Shown here: positions 61,297 through 64,000 of the stretch, piece by piece | How the letters are laid out: each line of letters begins with the position of its first letter | Position numbering within the stretch: position 1 is the stretch's first letter | NCBI GenBank assembly: GCA_963775465.1 | Contig: CAVZIW010000015.1 | Span: forward strand, 1 to 64,000 | DNA length: 64,000 bases | Direction: 5' to 3' | DNA from: Candidatus Bathyarchaeota archaeon | GTDB taxonomy: Archaea > Thermoproteota > Bathyarchaeia > Bathyarchaeales > Bathycorpusculaceae | Program-made: the position numbers and the translations under genes | The notes under the pieces: model-generated | Seen by the model: only the letters and a program-made list of their open reading frames with translations | What the model was told of the DNA's origin: nothing | Databases searched by the model: none

Positions 61297-61863
61297 ATGA
61301 AGAAACAAACTTCCAAGAATAAATTGATCAGCTACAATAAAAGAGCCCTGAGTCCAATTTTTGCAACTTTGATTCTTGTTACGATCGTTATTGTTTTTGG
61401 TGCGACGGCTTATTATTATACGAGTAATCTAACTACAACCGCTACCAACAGCTATGTTGGTTCTATTACTGATAGCCAGCAAACTATCTCTGAGCGAGTT
61501 GGGTTTGAAAGTGTATATTTCATATCGAGTGATGATTCAAATCCTCCGGGTGTAAGTCCCACATTAACTGTTTACATAATTAATTGTGGAAGCGCAAGCA
61601 ATCTGAAGGTTAATGCTATTTTGCTTAAAATTTATGACAGCAGTGACAATCTTTTGAGTACTCAACCCTATAACATTGAACCTGGCATTAAATCGGGCGC
61701 GCAAGTTCAGTCAGGAATGAAAAACCTAAACCAAAATGCGCTTGGTGTTGGTGAAGAGGGTTATTTTGTTGTTAAGTTGCCTTCAGGCACTTCTTTGACG
61801 ACTGGTTTGTACACTATTCAATTAATAACAAAGAGTGGGAGTAGCTTTGAATACACCCCGTAG
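61297..61863 (+). CDS. Archaeal pilin-like protein
   Basis: KRA|LSPIFATLILVTIVIV, INCG, YTIQLITKSGSSF. Confidence 0.85.
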   Translation: MKKQTSKNKLISYNKRALSPIFATLILVTIVIVFGATAYYYTSNLTTTATNSYVGSITDSQQTISERVGFESVYFISSDDSNPPGVSPTLTVYIINCGSASNLKVNAILLKIYDSSDNLLSTQPYNIEPGIKSGAQVQSGMKNLNQNALGVGEEGYFVVKLPSGTSLTTGLYTIQLITKSGSSFEYTP

Positions 61864-62878
61864 ATTTAGAAGAAATAACAAAGCGGTCAGTACCGTTTTT
61901 GGAATGGTGTTTTTCCTTCTTATAGTTGTCATTGTGTTCGCGAGTTTCATGACGGTTCTTAATTATAGTGTAAACTTGGAGGGCACCATGATTCAGATGC
62001 GGGAATTGGATAACGAGAAAGCAAAGGAAGCTTTGTTTCTTAAAACCCCTCAGCAATATAACGGTGTATCTGTGTCTTATACCGTTAACAACACGGGAAC
62101 TATCTCGGCTAGGGTGGTTCGTTTATGGGTAGCCGATATCTCAAAAGGAACCTCTGGCTCTTATGCTGTTCCGCTCTCTGAACAAACGCTAAAGCCTAAT
62201 GAAGAAAAGACAATTTCCGGTCCAATTACTGTTGATGGTGCAGATATTGCGAATGATTTGTTTAGGTATTATTTCGTAACCGAGAGAGGTAACCAATTTA
62301 CTATATTGCTTCAGGGCGGGAAAGGTGAAGATGGCGCAAACGGAATAGATGGTCGTGATGGAGCAGATGGAGATGCTCTAACAGCACAAGTCGCAAACGG
62401 CATTGGATTTATCGCGATGGATTTCAATTCTTTCAGAACCTACCAAGCATCAAAATATCCCTTAGACACTGCATTTGTTTCTCAATCATATCAAGTTAGC
62501 CAAAGCAAGTATTCCGCTTTCAGCTTGGATGTTAGAAATGTTGATCCGGACGAGCGAACTATTACGCTTAATTATCAGTCAGCTTTTTGGGCAATTAATC
62601 CTCCTTCAAGCAGCGGAGCCACTAAAGGATACGGCTGGAACATTGCAAAGTTGTCTGGAAACACGATAAATCTCTTTGCTCCAGGAGACACGTTGGAGCT
62701 TCCGTATAACCAGACCGTTAAGCTCTATTTTACTAACCCATCAAAGCCTGGCCAGAATACAATTAACACTGGAGCTGCCGCAGTAAATCTGCTTTTGACC
62801 GGAATCATACATAACAGTACCCATACTGGCGATTATGGGCAAAATCTACCCTTCATAGCAATAACGATTGTCGGCTAA
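61847..62878 (+). CDS. Minor pilin-like protein with collagen-like linker
   Basis: KA|VSTVFGMVFFLLIV, NTG...VVRLWV, VTERGN, then GGKGEDGANGIDGRDGADGDA. Confidence 0.8.
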   Translation: MNTPRRFRRNNKAVSTVFGMVFFLLIVVIVFASFMTVLNYSVNLEGTMIQMRELDNEKAKEALFLKTPQQYNGVSVSYTVNNTGTISARVVRLWVADISKGTSGSYAVPLSEQTLKPNEEKTISGPITVDGADIANDLFRYYFVTERGNQFTILLQGGKGEDGANGIDGRDGADGDALTAQVANGIGFIAMDFNSFRTYQASKYPLDTAFVSQSYQVSQSKYSAFSLDVRNVDPDERTITLNYQSAFWAINPPSSSGATKGYGWNIAKLSGNTINLFAPGDTLELPYNQTVKLYFTNPSKPGQNTINTGAAAVNLLLTGIIHNSTHTGDYGQNLPFIAITIVG

Positions 62879-62890
62879 AGTGAGATCTTT

Positions 62891-64000
62891 ATGAAATGGA
62901 TAAATTCAGTTAAAAACTTCCGTAAAAAAACCGATAAAGACAAGACTCTAAGTCAACGACGAAAACTAGATGTTACCGTTAAGGCTGTTTCGGATATAAC
63001 AGGAAAAATTAACTCAACTACCCCCATTGCACATCAAGTTTCAGAAACTTTTAAAGAACATTACAGTCTTTCTCCGCCTTTTTCGCATGCGGCAATCGTG
63101 GAAGATTCAAAGAACGATTTGCAGTATTCTGTTCTTGAGCCTACTTTAACTGATTTGGACAAGAAATGGATTCAGGAAATTAAGAGTATTCTTTGGGATG
63201 AGCTGTCAATCAATACGAAGGGGTTTAGGGATAAGCAAGAGGCTGAGGATTTCCTTAAACTTAAGGTTCTGGAGACTGCTGTAAATTATAAGATTAATGT
63301 TGATGCCAACACTTTAGGAAAGTTTCAGTATTACATTACTCGGGATTTTCTTGGTTTTGGCAAGATAGATGGGATAATGCTTGATGACAACATTGAAGAC
63401 GTATCTTGTGATGGTATCAATTCTCCGGTGTTTGTTTGGCACCGAAAATATGAATCTATTCCGTCCAATGTGACATATGAGTCTCCTGAAGAGCTTGAAA
63501 ATTTTGTTTTTAAACTTGCTTACCTGTGCGGCAGACACATTTCAATAGCTCAGCCTATTCTTGATGGCACCCTTCCAGATGGCAGTCGAGCTCAAGTAAC
63601 GTATGGAACCGAAGTCACGCCTAAAGGTAGTACCTTCACCATTAGAAAGTTCAAGAGAAGCCCCCTAACAATCGTCGACTTACTAGTATACAAGGCGTTG
63701 TCAACTGAAATAGCCGCGTACTACTGGTTCCTAATTGAAAACAGACACTCAGTAATGATTGGAGGAGACATCGGAGGAGGAAAAACCTCGATGCTCAACG
63801 CCATTAGCCTATTCATCAGGCCCACTCTAAAAATTGTGAGCATCGAAGATACCCAGGAAATACGTTTGCCTCATAAGAACTGGGAAATGATGGTTACAAG
63901 GCAAGGTTTAGGTACAGGTGGAGGTGCAGTTGGCGAAGCAGGAATCGGCAGCATAGGCATGTTCGATTTACTCAGGGCTGCGCTAAGACAAAGACCAGAC
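62891..64000 (+). CDS. Type II/IV secretion (pilus assembly) ATPase, runs off the window edge
   Basis: IEDVSCDG, GTLPDGSR, FTIRKF, Walker A GDIGGGKTS, IEDTQEI, LLRAALRQRPD; missing from the ORF track because there is no stop. Confidence 0.92.
   Translation, partial: MKWINSVKNFRKKTDKDKTLSQRRKLDVTVKAVSDITGKINSTTPIAHQVSETFKEHYSLSPPFSHAAIVEDSKNDLQYSVLEPTLTDLDKKWIQEIKSILWDELSINTKGFRDKQEAEDFLKLKVLETAVNYKINVDANTLGKFQYYITRDFLGFGKIDGIMLDDNIEDVSCDGINSPVFVWHRKYESIPSNVTYESPEELENFVFKLAYLCGRHISIAQPILDGTLPDGSRAQVTYGTEVTPKGSTFTIRKFKRSPLTIVDLLVYKALSTEIAAYYWFLIENRHSVMIGGDIGGGKTSMLNAISLFIRPTLKIVSIEDTQEIRLPHKNWEMMVTRQGLGTGGGAVGEAGIGSIGMFDLLRAALRQRPD

Noticed and set aside
1-64000. CRISPR array, rRNA, tRNA, integrase or transposase
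   Set aside because: No regularly spaced repeats, cloverleaf structures or recombinase/transposase motifs were recognised by eye.

Overview
Archaeal chromosomal window, most consistent with Bathyarchaeia (TACK). This is inferred from the thermosome, L35Ae, tRNA-splicing endonuclease, DGGGP synthase-like UbiA, class III-signal pilins and the expanded PQQ-like beta-propeller family. No rRNA, tRNA, CRISPR array, integrase or transposase was recognised. Housekeeping genes (glyS, endA, rpl35ae, thermosome, Hsp20) are mixed with many secreted or membrane proteins and small regulators, and a type IV pilus locus starts at the right edge. The main signal is five ~830-900 aa membrane-anchored PQQ-like beta-propeller paralogs. 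They share a transcript design: TATA box, a stem-loop of unrelated sequence at the predicted +1, a purine-rich RBS-like tract and a CCCT(C)..T-tract terminator. They also share an invariant EH[ST]xxxP[IL]x[KR]G motif. Two copies carry a perfect 81-bp inverted gene-conversion-like tract, and another pair shares a duplicated two-palindrome promoter plus a fossil of the adjacent TrmB gene. Other features are stacked toxin-antitoxin relics, a multicopper oxidase 3' relic, two apparent ACG starts and several single-base frameshifts that are probably assembly errors. Product calls come from motif recognition by eye; no database searches were run.
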